From contig JAQOWU010000008.1 in the NCBI GenBank assembly GCA_030867685.1, forward strand, positions 930,001-994,000: DNA of 64,000 bases. Reading direction: 5' to 3'. Below the pieces are notes generated by a model. The model had not been told where the DNA came from and ran no database searches. It saw nothing but the letters and a program-made list of their open reading frames with translations. Position numbers and translations under genes: made by a program. Position 1 is the first letter of the stretch. Each line of letters starts with the position of its first letter. This DNA is from Wickerhamiella versatilis. Taxonomy: Eukaryota. Positions 33,271 through 44,066 of this stretch are shown piece by piece.

Positions 33271-33714
33271 GTAGCCACGGTCCAGGGCTGGAGGCTGGTT
33301 GGGAGAATTAGAAGGAGGGATGAATAACAATGGGTAAGGGTATACAGCGCGAATTACGCAATAAGTTTTTGGGCTCCTTGGGGTGATGTAGGGGGGAAAG
33401 TTAAGAACCTTAATGAAAAGTAGCTTGAGTTTAATTGATATAAACGCGGCAAGATGAAAATTAAACTGGTTTCAGAGGTCGATGATCTCAAGAAACCTTA
33501 GCCTGGAGTCCGATTATGCTTGACGTAAGACCCACATTCTAGAAGAGTCACACTAGCTGACCAGCGTCATCCATTACGTAACAAGTAACATCATTGGTCT
33601 TTACAAGTAAACTGCTCAAATCAAGCGACAGTAAAAAGGGTTTGCACTTTTCATACGCTTGCCATCAACAATAATTGATATTGTGAATTCTTCTGCGCGC
33701 CAATTGCCCTCTGT

Positions 33715-34980
33715 ATGGCGGAAACATTCCGGCAACGGTTCAAGGAGGTTGCGGCGCTCAACCGTGGCTCTTTTGGTCTAGTCACTCTCGTTGAAGAATT
33801 GAAAACAGGCAAGAAATATGCGGCAAAGCGCATTGATGTGGCAGAGGATGCCGAACTGGAGTATAGTGCACATGTGCAGCTTGGGGATCACCCAAACATC
33901 CTGAAGGTTGTGGCCTATTACAAGGAAGAGGACTGCCATCGTCTCATATTGGAATATGCGGATGGTGGCGATTTGCATGAGGCAATCTCACGTAGCGACA
34001 GCGAAGGACTTCGTAGAGAGACTATCCGGATGGTCCTCGAGCAGCTTGTTGATGCGTTGAGCTACTGCCATTCACGTGGCATCTGCCATCGTGACATTAA
34101 GCCCGAGAATATATTGCTTGCAGCAGATGGAACTGTAAAGGTTGCTGATTGGGGGTTGGCTTCGTTTGAGACGATGTCCAGCGAGTTTAATCTGGGCTCT
34201 GAGCAGTACATGGCACCCGAGTGCTTTGATCCAAAAGCTGGGGAATACGATGCGGCAAAGGCTGACATCTGGGCAGTGGGGATTGTTCTCCTCAACTGCT
34301 TATTCGGCCGTAATCCGTTCAAGGTGGCGAATGGGACAGACCGCTTGTTCACCGACTTCGCAAGTAGTCGTGAAGCCCTCTTTGATATCTTCCCCACCCT
34401 TTCGCAAGATGTATTTGCCGTGCTTAGACACTCACTGACCATTGACCCTGATAATCGTAGTTTAGAAGGGGTGCGGGCTGCCCTGGCCAATGTGAAGACA
34501 TGGACTACCGATGAGGAGCTTGATATGCTCTCTCCGGCTTCCTACGAATTTGCCCCTCCCTCGAAGGCAGTCGGCATACGTCGGCCTTTCCGAGTCCCTA
34601 CGGCTGTTTCTGGCCAGGCGACGCCCTGTGAGAGCTGGCACCGTGAGTCAAAGTATACCCCCCCATCTCATCGCTGCCTCTTCTCCAGTGCCTTTCCCCT
34701 GACACAGTTGGATGAGGAGAGTAGTGAGGAATATAATGACACCGAGGAAAGCTCGCCTAGTGGTACCCGCGTTGACGACGGTGTGTTTGCTATGGATGGG
34801 TTGGTAGATAGCTTAGCAGCACTTTCGACTTCCTCTTCTACGTCCAGCAGTAATGCATTTATCATCAATGATTTAGACGAGCCCCGCTCATGGGCCGATG
34901 ATGATGATTATTTTCCGGTTGTGCCAAAAGGTGATAAAATGATGTTGCGTTTGGCACAAAGCGCTGATACATTCAGCTAA
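33715..34980 (+). CDS. KSP1: Ser/Thr protein kinase, Ksp1 (Ran1-like) family
   Basis: GSFGLV, HRDIKPENIL, DWGLA, RNPF, REALFDIFP..SQD...LTIDPDNRSL. Confidence 0.82.
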   Translation: MAETFRQRFKEVAALNRGSFGLVTLVEELKTGKKYAAKRIDVAEDAELEYSAHVQLGDHPNILKVVAYYKEEDCHRLILEYADGGDLHEAISRSDSEGLRRETIRMVLEQLVDALSYCHSRGICHRDIKPENILLAADGTVKVADWGLASFETMSSEFNLGSEQYMAPECFDPKAGEYDAAKADIWAVGIVLLNCLFGRNPFKVANGTDRLFTDFASSREALFDIFPTLSQDVFAVLRHSLTIDPDNRSLEGVRAALANVKTWTTDEELDMLSPASYEFAPPSKAVGIRRPFRVPTAVSGQATPCESWHRESKYTPPSHRCLFSSAFPLTQLDEESSEEYNDTEESSPSGTRVDDGVFAMDGLVDSLAALSTSSSTSSSNAFIINDLDEPRSWADDDDYFPVVPKGDKMMLRLAQSADTFS

Positions 34981-35133
34981 GCATATTAAGTGTATGTAAT
35001 GACTTTTTTAAAGAACTCCATTTTTAAAAAAGAGATTATCGAAATGAATATAATTTGATTTTTTTTGTTGTCGTTGTTCTAGCTGTTATTTCGCACTATT
35101 GAGGGGAGTGGAAGGCTAATGTTATGTACAGGT

Positions 35134-35718
35134 TTAAAGTGCATCAGTCACAATCGGTGAGTCGGGTCGAGCCATATACTCGACATTGCGTATAACATGC
35201 AAACGTATGCGTTCTGCATTTTCATCAAGAGCAAATTCGAAAGATCCTGCCAATACAGGATATTCATCTGGTAATAGTCCAAGACTTTGAATAATTCGCC
35301 CAGGTTGAAAAATATGTGAAGAATTTGGAGAAGGCTTCGGTCTCTCCGGACTAATTGAGCGCCAATTGACATATATATGGCGGTCTGCTATTTCATGGCA
35401 ATGCTCGTCCACACGCATACTGATCACGAAAAGCTCGCTATTGTGGGGGATCAGGAGTGCCGTTACTGCAAGTTGGAGTAATTTAGACGCTGCAACATAT
35501 GTGGTATTCCCCGTGAATTGTAGAGCTTTGGTTTCGGGGAACATTTCGAAAACTATATTACGATGAATATAGTTGCTTGGAAGTGGGGTTTGCAACAGAT
35601 GTGGGATTGATCTATCAAGCATCCTGACTGCTTGGCCAAAGTTGGAGAGCTTCTCCTGTTTCGATAAACTGCTTAAAGTTCTCCAGAGCTGTCTACATGG
35701 ACGTATTCCTCTCAGCAT
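35134..35718 (-). CDS. Hypothetical protein with predicted mitochondrial presequence
   Basis: 194-aa ORF; N-terminus MLRGIRPCRQLWRTLSS is Arg-rich and acid-free. Confidence 0.65.
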   Translation of the reverse strand: MLRGIRPCRQLWRTLSSLSKQEKLSNFGQAVRMLDRSIPHLLQTPLPSNYIHRNIVFEMFPETKALQFTGNTTYVAASKLLQLAVTALLIPHNSELFVISMRVDEHCHEIADRHIYVNWRSISPERPKPSPNSSHIFQPGRIIQSLGLLPDEYPVLAGSFEFALDENAERIRLHVIRNVEYMARPDSPIVTDAL

Positions 35719-36085
35719 TCACCGGTTTCCATCACAACCCTAACCTCGATCTTTCTAAGGTATTGAAGCGACAAGGGATCATTCTATAGCGGACATAGGA
35801 AATTACTTTATTATTTATTGGTTAATTGAATTGTGCCGTCAAGCGTTTAAATAAATTTGTTCTTTCGGGTGCTGCGCAGCTCAAGCCCTGTCAAAGCCAA
35901 GTTGGACATCTTGATAGCAAAAATTGGATCTCCGATTGACAGTAGCCTGCAAATGAATAGCAATTAAAATCTAGCTAAACGACATTTTGTCTCCAGAAGA
36001 GGCTAGCGTAACTGATTAACACTCCCGTTCTGTTCACAGATAAATTCTAAATTTTAAAAAAAATATTATATCATCAACATTGGAA

Positions 36086-36367
36086 ATGAAGGAGGCAAAG
36101 GTTCGCAGGGTGCCGAAGCGAGGCAATAAAAAGATGCAGAGGAGAAGAGACCTCCGCTCTCAAAAAATAATGGATGCGAAGAAACTTAAGGAGCTCAATG
36201 GAATTGTACAGCAGCAGCAAAATGCACAATTTCGTGGTGAGACACATGATAATCTCCCGGAAAATGAAATCGCACCAGAACTCAAAAAGCTGGCAGCTGC
36301 ACCTGCACCGCAGAAAAAGGACATTGAAATGCCCTCAGATCTACTTTCTGAGCTGAAGAAAATGTAA
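36086..36367 (+). CDS. Small basic hypothetical protein
   Basis: 93-aa ORF with Lys/Arg-rich N-terminus, A-rich leader and UA-rich 3' region. Confidence 0.6.
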   Translation: MKEAKVRRVPKRGNKKMQRRRDLRSQKIMDAKKLKELNGIVQQQQNAQFRGETHDNLPENEIAPELKKLAAAPAPQKKDIEMPSDLLSELKKM

Positions 36368-36495
36368 TGTCTGTGTATATATAAACATGAGTATGAGTGT
36401 AAAGAAGTGTATGAAGATGTATATTTATATGTAAATCTATATGAGTAGATGTATGAGCATGTATATATAATTCCAAAGAAAAATGCTTGCATAAT

Positions 36496-38076
36496 TCAAT
36501 CCCGTCGAAGAACCAGCCCCGAACGGTCTTTTGCAATTCTGGGTCGCGCCATCCAGGTAGGCTTAAGTCGCTCCAGTATTTCTTCCAGTGCTTGTTGATT
36601 TGCATCATTCGTTTGAACAAATGATAGCACATTGATGCATTGAAGCAGTGATGCTGCCATCTCCGAAGCATTGGGGAGGGAGGAGTCGAGACCTACCGTG
36701 CCATCTCCCAACAGTTGTTGAAGTATACCTGCCAGCGGTACCACTACAACATCGCGGTAAGCGATTAAGCCATACTTTCGTATGGATGGTTTTGCCGATG
36801 ATGATGAGTGGGCCCCCAGGCTCTTCACGGGCGAAGGCTGGAGCGGTTTCCAATATTTTTGCGCCTCTTCAGGTGTTTGCAAAATCGCACCACATCCGTC
36901 AAATTCTAATTGCAAAGGTAAAAATACAGCTTCTAGTGCAGGAAGCACATCAGTCAAGAACCTGTGCCATGATGAAGCAAGTTTGCTTAACACGTGGATC
37001 TTTCCGTCATCGGCCGAGTTTGTGTTAATTCCAAATCCTGCATTCTTCAAACCAGAATAGAGGAACTCATTCAAGCGATCCACAATCTCTCTAGGGGAGC
37101 CTTGAGAATGATAAAGTGCCCCAAAATACATCTTCACTAGGATATTGGTATCTTCAACTGGAATCGATGGCCATTCGGACTTAAAGATTGGTTGCGACCT
37201 TTTACAAAGTTGTGACCACGTCTTAATCAAAAATGCAGTGCATTCCTCAGGGGATTTGAACTCATCCATGTCAGTTCCATGCCATTGGGTAGCATTTGGT
37301 GCTGGTTGAAAGCTATACATGGAACCTTCGCTGGCTAGCTTTGAGTTGGAGGCGGAAGATGAAAGTACAGCAGCTGGACTATCTTTCTTCCGAAATGATA
37401 TATGTGGATGGTGATGATGGTGGTGCCGGCGATTTGAGATAGCCTCACTATCCTCACCGTTGGCCACTGAGGTAGGCACAATGGAAGCGATTCGCTCTAG
37501 CTCACGAGACGAGCGGGTCATGGGAGACCGATCATTGATTGATTGCTTTGCTGCTTGAATTGACAAGTCTGTTTTCATTCGTAAACTCTTTAGGTCCGAT
37601 TTGGATTGTCTGAACATTTTCGACTTTCTCAGAGATCCCCCAGAACTTTCACCATCAAAACTCGCACTCTTAGGTTTGTATTTTGTTACCTGCGCGGCTG
37701 CAGATGCAGCTGTAGAGAGCTTCGCTCCAAATGCTGCGATATTTTGCTTCGCGCTACTAGATCGAGGCATGCCGGTACTTTTGACACCATCCGCAGAGCC
37801 AGCGCTCATTGGCGATCCCACTGATCCTGCCGAGGGTGTTACAGGGCTGCTCAATCCCCAAGTAGATGGCTGTTTAGGCGGACTCAATCCAAAATCAAAA
37901 GAACCCTGAGAATAAGGAGACCCCCAGGTGTCTGCAATTGAGGATGAGCCTAGCGCACCCTGGGGACTCATTTCATCGTAATTACCAATACTGGATAAAC
38001 CTAAAGGTAAATCCAATCCTTCCTCGCCAGGTTTATCCCTCAGGGGAGACCGTCTCAGTCCATCCGTCTCGCCCAT
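36496..38076 (-). CDS. BIT61: TORC2 subunit Bit61/Bit2 (HbrB domain)
   Basis: Low-complexity N-half; PVEDTNILVKMY, LPALEAVFLPLQLEF, LIAYRDVVV, LLQCINVL. Confidence 0.82.
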   Translation of the reverse strand: MGETDGLRRSPLRDKPGEEGLDLPLGLSSIGNYDEMSPQGALGSSSIADTWGSPYSQGSFDFGLSPPKQPSTWGLSSPVTPSAGSVGSPMSAGSADGVKSTGMPRSSSAKQNIAAFGAKLSTAASAAAQVTKYKPKSASFDGESSGGSLRKSKMFRQSKSDLKSLRMKTDLSIQAAKQSINDRSPMTRSSRELERIASIVPTSVANGEDSEAISNRRHHHHHHPHISFRKKDSPAAVLSSSASNSKLASEGSMYSFQPAPNATQWHGTDMDEFKSPEECTAFLIKTWSQLCKRSQPIFKSEWPSIPVEDTNILVKMYFGALYHSQGSPREIVDRLNEFLYSGLKNAGFGINTNSADDGKIHVLSKLASSWHRFLTDVLPALEAVFLPLQLEFDGCGAILQTPEEAQKYWKPLQPSPVKSLGAHSSSSAKPSIRKYGLIAYRDVVVVPLAGILQQLLGDGTVGLDSSLPNASEMAASLLQCINVLSFVQTNDANQQALEEILERLKPTWMARPRIAKDRSGLVLRRD

Positions 38077-38228
38077 ACGCTGATTCAGCCTGATACTACA
38101 GTAAGGGTCGCGCTACCTCCGTGTTATTTCACGTGTAATTTTCCTATAAAATATAAATTATTTGCTGGATAGCTAGATGCAACGGATAACGAAGCATGCA
38201 TATGTTCTAATTTTTTTTGTCTGCTGTC

Positions 38229-40340
38229 ATGTTAGGTAACATGTGGCCCGGCCTGGTGCTGTTCGTCGGCATCGCGTTATTTGCACGGGGCTTCCTTCCA
38301 CCACCGCCATCAATTCCTGGATTTGCTACTGATGGTGTCCCTGTACCCCCACAATTTGATCGGATGATTTTTATGGTCGTCGATGCTCTTCGTAGTGATT
38401 TCGCGTTTAGCGCTCACTCGTCGAATTTTAGGAATTTGCATAAACTCATAAGAGAAGGACATGCTCTTCCTTTCACAGCATATGCATCACCGCCTACTGT
38501 TACACTACCGCGTCTCAAGGGTTTGACTACTGGTGCTGCGTCGAATTTCCTTGATGCAGTTATCAATATAGCTGAATCTGATAGCGCTTCTGCACTCACG
38601 AATGTGGACTCTTGGGTTAAGCAGTTAGAAATTCATAACAAAAGAATACATTTGTATGGTGACGATACGTGGATCAAATTATTTCCTGGGGCTTTTACTG
38701 AGGTTGATGGTACATCAAGTTTTTACGTGTCAGATTTTACAGAAGTTGATAACAATGTCACCCGTCATCTTAGTCCTCTATCGGATGATTTTGATGCCCT
38801 TATTATCCACTATCTAGGACTCGATCATATCGGGCATAAGGGTGGTCCTGAATCCCCTTTCATGGCCGCGAAGCAGCAGGAAATGGATGACATTGTAAGC
38901 TCCTTATACAACAGCATTGACGATCGTACCGTGATTGTTTTGGTAGGAGACCACGGGATGAACGATGTGGGAAACCATGGTGGTGCTTCGACGGGGGAAA
39001 CAAGTGCCGCTGTTGCATTTCTTAGTCCAAAATTCTCAACACCTCAAGACGCTCCGCTTGAATCTCCAGGCTTTGATTTTTACGATCGCATTCAGCAAGA
39101 AGATATTGTCACTACGATATCTGTGTTGCTCGGGTTGTCAATTCCCAAAAATTCTCTGGGTGTGGTCATTCCAAAACTGCTTGAGCAGTATTCAGAAACT
39201 GATAAGGTGAAACTACTCGAGGCCAATTGTAAGCATCTCGAACTGGAGGACTGTTCAATTGCGCAATTGAGGGAGATCCAACAATCAAAGTTACGTGCAT
39301 CTTCTTCGTATATTATGGAAATAATGTACGCGGGAATCGCCGTGCTCACTTGTGCGGTATTCCTATCTCTTTGGCGACTAAAGTCAGCAAAGTCATATTC
39401 TGTCAAGACAAAACTCGTTTGGCTCTCAATATCTGTATTATACTTCGCAGCAATGCTAGGTAGCTCTACAGTCGAAGAAGAACACTATTACTGGTATTGG
39501 ATATTTTCAGGAGGTGCGGCCTGGCTCACTGTCAAGGATTGGCCTTGTGGAATCTTGTTATTGACAGCATTTCGCGTTATTCGTGGTTGGCATTCCACTG
39601 GGCAAAAATGGTCTGCATTGTACGACACTGCCGGCTTCTTAAATAATAATCCTGAGCTTTTGTGGGTTTTCATTGGAATTTATGCCCTCACCTTGGCTTG
39701 GAGGTTACCTCGATCTGTTTGGGCTGTAGTGGGATGTCTTTTTGGCTATAAGTTATGTGCAGCTTCTGATGCTGGCGAGTGGGTACCATTTACTTTTGAG
39801 AATGTCAGCCTGATACCACTTGCTCGTTTAGTATTTGTGGCGATTTTGGGAGTTATGGTATGGCAGAAATCAATGACTAGTTTTGAGTTACTCCTAGTAA
39901 TGCAAACGCGTCCCAGTAATATTCCTCTTCTAGGTGTCTGTGTTGCTGTTTGCTATATTTTGGATGCTGCTAGAGTTGATCAAAATTCCAAGAGATTTTT
40001 CTATTTTGCAATGCAGCACTCAGTGTTTTTTGCATCTGGAGGCTCGAATTCAGTTGCAACTGTGGATTTGTCACAAGCCTACAACGGCGTCAGTTCCTAC
40101 AGCATACCTATTGTGGCCCTCTTGACCTACCTGAGTAACTTTGCTGGCCCATTGTATTGTTCTTTTGCCTCTCCACGAGGTGGAAGAGTTCTCACTGACT
40201 GCTGGTATTCTTTTGCAACGCTTGGTGTTGCTTTATCTTGTCTTGTGCTTAGACAACACCTGTTCATCTGGACAGTATTTTCACCAAAACTTTTGTATAA
40301 TGCCGCGTGGATAGTTCACCACTTCATCTCTGATAGATGA
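38229..40340 (+). CDS. GPI7: GPI ethanolamine-phosphate transferase 2 (PIG-G)
   Basis: VVDALRSDF, PPTVTLPRLK, HYLGLDHIGH, GDHGM..GNHGG, SSTVEEEH, HLFIWTVFSPK. Confidence 0.9.
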   Translation: MLGNMWPGLVLFVGIALFARGFLPPPPSIPGFATDGVPVPPQFDRMIFMVVDALRSDFAFSAHSSNFRNLHKLIREGHALPFTAYASPPTVTLPRLKGLTTGAASNFLDAVINIAESDSASALTNVDSWVKQLEIHNKRIHLYGDDTWIKLFPGAFTEVDGTSSFYVSDFTEVDNNVTRHLSPLSDDFDALIIHYLGLDHIGHKGGPESPFMAAKQQEMDDIVSSLYNSIDDRTVIVLVGDHGMNDVGNHGGASTGETSAAVAFLSPKFSTPQDAPLESPGFDFYDRIQQEDIVTTISVLLGLSIPKNSLGVVIPKLLEQYSETDKVKLLEANCKHLELEDCSIAQLREIQQSKLRASSSYIMEIMYAGIAVLTCAVFLSLWRLKSAKSYSVKTKLVWLSISVLYFAAMLGSSTVEEEHYYWYWIFSGGAAWLTVKDWPCGILLLTAFRVIRGWHSTGQKWSALYDTAGFLNNNPELLWVFIGIYALTLAWRLPRSVWAVVGCLFGYKLCAASDAGEWVPFTFENVSLIPLARLVFVAILGVMVWQKSMTSFELLLVMQTRPSNIPLLGVCVAVCYILDAARVDQNSKRFFYFAMQHSVFFASGGSNSVATVDLSQAYNGVSSYSIPIVALLTYLSNFAGPLYCSFASPRGGRVLTDCWYSFATLGVALSCLVLRQHLFIWTVFSPKLLYNAAWIVHHFISDR

Positions 40341-40519
40341 TGGGCACGGACACAATATAATACGTTCAGCAAGAGCTCACATTTGTTTTTCATAAGACAA
40401 GCTGTGAAAAGAATAACAAAAAAGTAAACTTTATTTTTTTTAATTTGTATAAAACCAAGGGGGAACGGAAAACGCCGACCTCCCGATATAGCTAAACACT
40501 AATAAGATCAGATGCATTT

Positions 40520-42040
40520 TTAGTTTACATTTTTATACTCAATGAAACTGTCCAAGTTTTCAAGACCTTCGAGGGCGCGCTCATGGAATTGATCGTCCTC
40601 AGTGGTACTCTGGATTCGATTTCTGATATCTTGTCTTGCCGATATTAATCTCTGATTATAGGCGCCATTTTGATAAATCCTTTTATCATAATCAGCATCA
40701 TTATCACCAAACAAGTCAAACAGAGAGTCCAAGGAGTCGACAATAAGAGAAGACGGCACCTCCGTAGAGTTCTCTAAAATCTGGAAAAGCAACTCAGCGC
40801 TACGATAAGCCACATTTGGAGCTAGTGGCAGAGCTACTACCAGTGCCGCCATAAGCTCCGTCCAGTCATATTTGTTCTGCAATTGACGAAGTTCTTCCGC
40901 GCGATCCATGATTTTCTCCAGTGGGAGGTCATCTAGAGAGCGGCCGTACTGAAGTGCTATACATACAAGTGGACGAAGGCCCAAAGCTGCATGTGATAAA
41001 AGGAGCGGCAGAATTGACTGCCAAATCGCATCTGCTTCTTCTGGAGCCCAGCGCTGGCCAGATGCACTTAGAGTCCAGCCCTGATTATTTATATATGAAA
41101 GCGCAGCAGGAACCAGTTCATCAATGCGTAACGCATCCAGTGCCTTTGGCAGACAAGCCAAAGGATAGATTTCAGCAACACACGCTGCAACCTCGAAAAA
41201 TACCTGTGCTTCGTTGAGGCCGACCCTCTCATTATTTTTTTCAGCTTCAGAGGCATTGGCTTTATCGTTAGTTTCATCCTCCTTGCCCAAGTGACTGAGA
41301 TTTAGTTCTCCGACAAGCTTTTCCAAATTCGCAGCAACTGCACTTATATTTTCACTAACATAATAGTCAATACCCGCCTCATACACGCGAGATGTTGTTG
41401 TTTTGGCCAAATTTTGTAGATTCGGAGGTGTTTCTATGGCCCACTCTTCGCTCGTGGCGTAAAACAGCAGTTCGAAAGCTGCATTATGAAGAGAGGGTGG
41501 AACATCAGACTGCTTTATGACTGCGACAGCTACCTCAACTACTTTCAGCATGTGCTGATTCTCATCGAATCTGTCGGTATGGATGATTAGCGCAGTTAGC
41601 AATCCACAAATGTTTTCAGCCAGTTCGTACAGCACTTTAGAGTCTAAGTTACTGGCAAGCAGTAGATTTCCTGCAGAATTCATAAATACTGCAATGTTAT
41701 GATCCATAAGAAATGTAGCCACATCCCGTCCTTCATCTAAAACAACATTGCGCAACAATCCGAACGCCTCAGATACTAATTCATTCGAGGAATCACTTAA
41801 CGTATGGGTAAGAATAACATTAAGAAGGCCTTCACGAAGCAAAAGCTCTCTCATAGGCTTTTCATCAGACATAGAACTGGCAGCGCTCAAGGACAATGCA
41901 CGTTCGATTGGTTTTGCAGACTTCAGACCTGCTACAAGTGGTAGAATCCTTTCTTCTCGTACCTTATCATACCTTTTATCGCTTTTTTGCAAAGGATCCG
42001 AGGATTTCTTCACACGTCTCTGACGCTTGTGCTTTCCCAT
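40520..42040 (-). CDS. SYO1: Symportin Syo1 / HEATR3
   Basis: Basic MGKHKRQRR N-terminus, ARM/HEAT repeats, C-terminal ENLDSFIEYK. Confidence 0.82.
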   Translation of the reverse strand: MGKHKRQRRVKKSSDPLQKSDKRYDKVREERILPLVAGLKSAKPIERALSLSAASSMSDEKPMRELLLREGLLNVILTHTLSDSSNELVSEAFGLLRNVVLDEGRDVATFLMDHNIAVFMNSAGNLLLASNLDSKVLYELAENICGLLTALIIHTDRFDENQHMLKVVEVAVAVIKQSDVPPSLHNAAFELLFYATSEEWAIETPPNLQNLAKTTTSRVYEAGIDYYVSENISAVAANLEKLVGELNLSHLGKEDETNDKANASEAEKNNERVGLNEAQVFFEVAACVAEIYPLACLPKALDALRIDELVPAALSYINNQGWTLSASGQRWAPEEADAIWQSILPLLLSHAALGLRPLVCIALQYGRSLDDLPLEKIMDRAEELRQLQNKYDWTELMAALVVALPLAPNVAYRSAELLFQILENSTEVPSSLIVDSLDSLFDLFGDNDADYDKRIYQNGAYNQRLISARQDIRNRIQSTTEDDQFHERALEGLENLDSFIEYKNVN

Positions 42041-42082
42041 ACTCCAAAAAAATTTGACTAATCGACAATTTGACTTGTACCT

Positions 42083-42382
42083 ATGTTCAGGCAGCTTATT
42101 AGAGGTGTACGTTTCTATAGTGATGCTGTGAAACAAGCTGGAGTTAAGTCGAGCGTTCCAGAGGGTACAGTTTTGAAAGGATGCAATGTACGTAAGAATG
42201 GTGAGGATCCTGTGGCTCTAGCGGACGACCAATATCCTGACTGGCTTTGGGAAGTTCTTGATCCCGAGGCACAGGAACGTAAGCTCAAGATGGACCCAAT
42301 ACGATATGCCACAAAGCAGCGAAGGGAGGAAAATCGTAAAAGGATTAAAGACCAGAACTTCCTGGCGAAAATGAATAAGTGA
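42083..42382 (+). CDS. MRPL37: Mitochondrial large-subunit ribosomal protein mL54
   Basis: SSVPEGTVLKGCN..K.GEDPVALADDQYPDWLW...IKDQNFL. Confidence 0.92.
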   Translation: MFRQLIRGVRFYSDAVKQAGVKSSVPEGTVLKGCNVRKNGEDPVALADDQYPDWLWEVLDPEAQERKLKMDPIRYATKQRREENRKRIKDQNFLAKMNK

Positions 42383-42390
42383 AGTACATG

Positions 42391-42641
42391 CTATCTATTC
42401 TTATTTGCATCATCGGAATCGGAGGCATCAGTTAAATCTCCAAGCCGCTTTTGGACGAGTTTTTCGTCAGGCTTGTATCTTGGATCAAGATTTCCATCTT
42501 TAGCTAATTGTTCACTTCGTTAGAATGTCCAATGACAAAGTTAAAAAGAAAATATACTTACAGAATAATTGGTTGGAAAGTGTACACGCTGGTGGCAACA
42601 CTTACGAGTCCGATTACTAGCAGTGACAGCTTGTCTCTCAT
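42391..42641 (-). CDS. ECM19: Spliced 67-aa Ecm19-like membrane microprotein (exons 42641-42562 and 42514-42391)
   Basis: 47-nt intron GTAAGT...TTCTAAC-G-AAG. Product MRDKLSLLVIGLVSVATSVYTFQPIILEQLAKDGNLDPRY...; the FxPI...DGNL motif recalls Ecm19. Confidence 0.72.
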
Positions 42642-42824
42642 CGGTTAAACTCGACCTTGATTTATTAGTCAGGATAGAAAATTTAAAACTTCAAAAACTA
42701 CAGGCGCGCGAGTGTGAGCCTGTCGATTTTGATACCGGCCTGTGATGAACATGAGATAGGGACAACCGAAACTTTGTGACGGATAAAACTCGATAATCGC
42801 TAGAATACTTCTGAGGCCATATTA

Positions 42825-44066
42825 TTATGTATTTTTAAATCCTTGGAAATATCTATCATGAAAGGCATTATTCACCGCAACAGGTTTTTCTGGCCCCTCA
42901 TCGCCGATCTGTCGCCTCTCATAAATTAATAGCCATCTTTCCCATTTACTAAAACTTTGGCAACCCACATTTAGGAAATGAAGATGTTTATGTAGGGGAA
43001 TATCAGGCTTGTCACCCTCCTCCAAGGGAAGCCAGAAAACTAGCCGACCCCCAGGAACAAGTCGCTCAGCAGAAAACTGAAGTAAATCAGCTAATAGCCT
43101 ACTGAGTTCATAAGGTCGTTTCGTAGGAACGTAGTCTTTGCGTAAGTGGGCTGGCACGTCATCTATGAGAATATGCTCTTTGCCGACAAACTTCTCGGGT
43201 TTTGCAGCGCCACAAACAACAATTCGCTCACGCACGCCGTAGGGCGGGTCACATATGATCGCATCGAATTTAAGCGTGGGTCGAAGGGTATTGTGGGTGA
43301 AGTCCATAGCCAGTGTATCAAGCAGCCGGTTTTTGGTTCTGTACTGCTCGAAGTTCATATCATATTTTTTAAGGGGACGAACATCGATGTCGGAGCATAG
43401 AATCACAGCACCTAAATAGGCCGCTGCAACTGCAAAAGATCCAGTGCCTGCGAAAGGGTCGTAGACCCACGAGTTTCGCTTAAGTTTGGCAATGTTGGCA
43501 GTAACTAAAGATAGCTCTGCCTCAAAACTTGTTGTACCAACAAATCTCCTCTTACGGAGGTCATAATTAGCGACTGTGGCTCGGTCGGAATCGGCAACCC
43601 ACTTGGTGAACCATAAATACAGCAGTTCGCCCGCCAAGGTATATGACTCAATAATGCAGAAACGTACCTCTGGATTTTTGAGTCTGACTTTACCTTCTAA
43701 CCCCATGTATGCAAATTCTGATATTAGAGCACGCCTACTAGCGTCACTTCGTGATCCCTGAAAACTTTCAAATTCAATTTTGAATGTGTTGTGCTCAAAC
43801 TCAGAAAAGTCCACCTTTTTATTTGCTTCATGGAGCTCCTCTTCATTTCTTCCTTGAGAAAACAGGCGATAAATTCCCCTAACTAGAAAGCTATGACGCA
43901 CCAGTCGATAGGCCTCGTCTTCCGATTGAAGATCGACGATTAAATATGGGCTTCCTACATCATAGCCCGACAAGTCCACATTGATGTTCTCAAGTTCTGC
44001 CAATGCCTCGAGCTCTAGCTTTCTAAATCTCTCCTGCACTTGGGCCAAAAGTATGAGAAACTGCAT
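42825..44066 (-). CDS. TRM11: tRNA m2G10 methyltransferase catalytic subunit
   Basis: GTTSFEAELSL, YDPFAGTGS, DAIICDPPYGVRE. Confidence 0.93.
   Translation of the reverse strand: MQFLILLAQVQERFRKLELEALAELENINVDLSGYDVGSPYLIVDLQSEDEAYRLVRHSFLVRGIYRLFSQGRNEEELHEANKKVDFSEFEHNTFKIEFESFQGSRSDASRRALISEFAYMGLEGKVRLKNPEVRFCIIESYTLAGELLYLWFTKWVADSDRATVANYDLRKRRFVGTTSFEAELSLVTANIAKLKRNSWVYDPFAGTGSFAVAAAYLGAVILCSDIDVRPLKKYDMNFEQYRTKNRLLDTLAMDFTHNTLRPTLKFDAIICDPPYGVRERIVVCGAAKPEKFVGKEHILIDDVPAHLRKDYVPTKRPYELSRLLADLLQFSAERLVPGGRLVFWLPLEEGDKPDIPLHKHLHFLNVGCQSFSKWERWLLIYERRQIGDEGPEKPVAVNNAFHDRYFQGFKNT

Noticed and set aside
32695-33274. 109-aa and 73-aa ORFs within the ncRNA candidate
   Set aside because: No protein-like motifs; they lie on opposite strands and are better explained as chance ORFs.
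33715-34980. DWG instead of DFG as a sign of a pseudokinase
   Set aside because: DWG is, as recalled, normal for Ksp1-family kinases; the catalytic Lys and HRD are intact.
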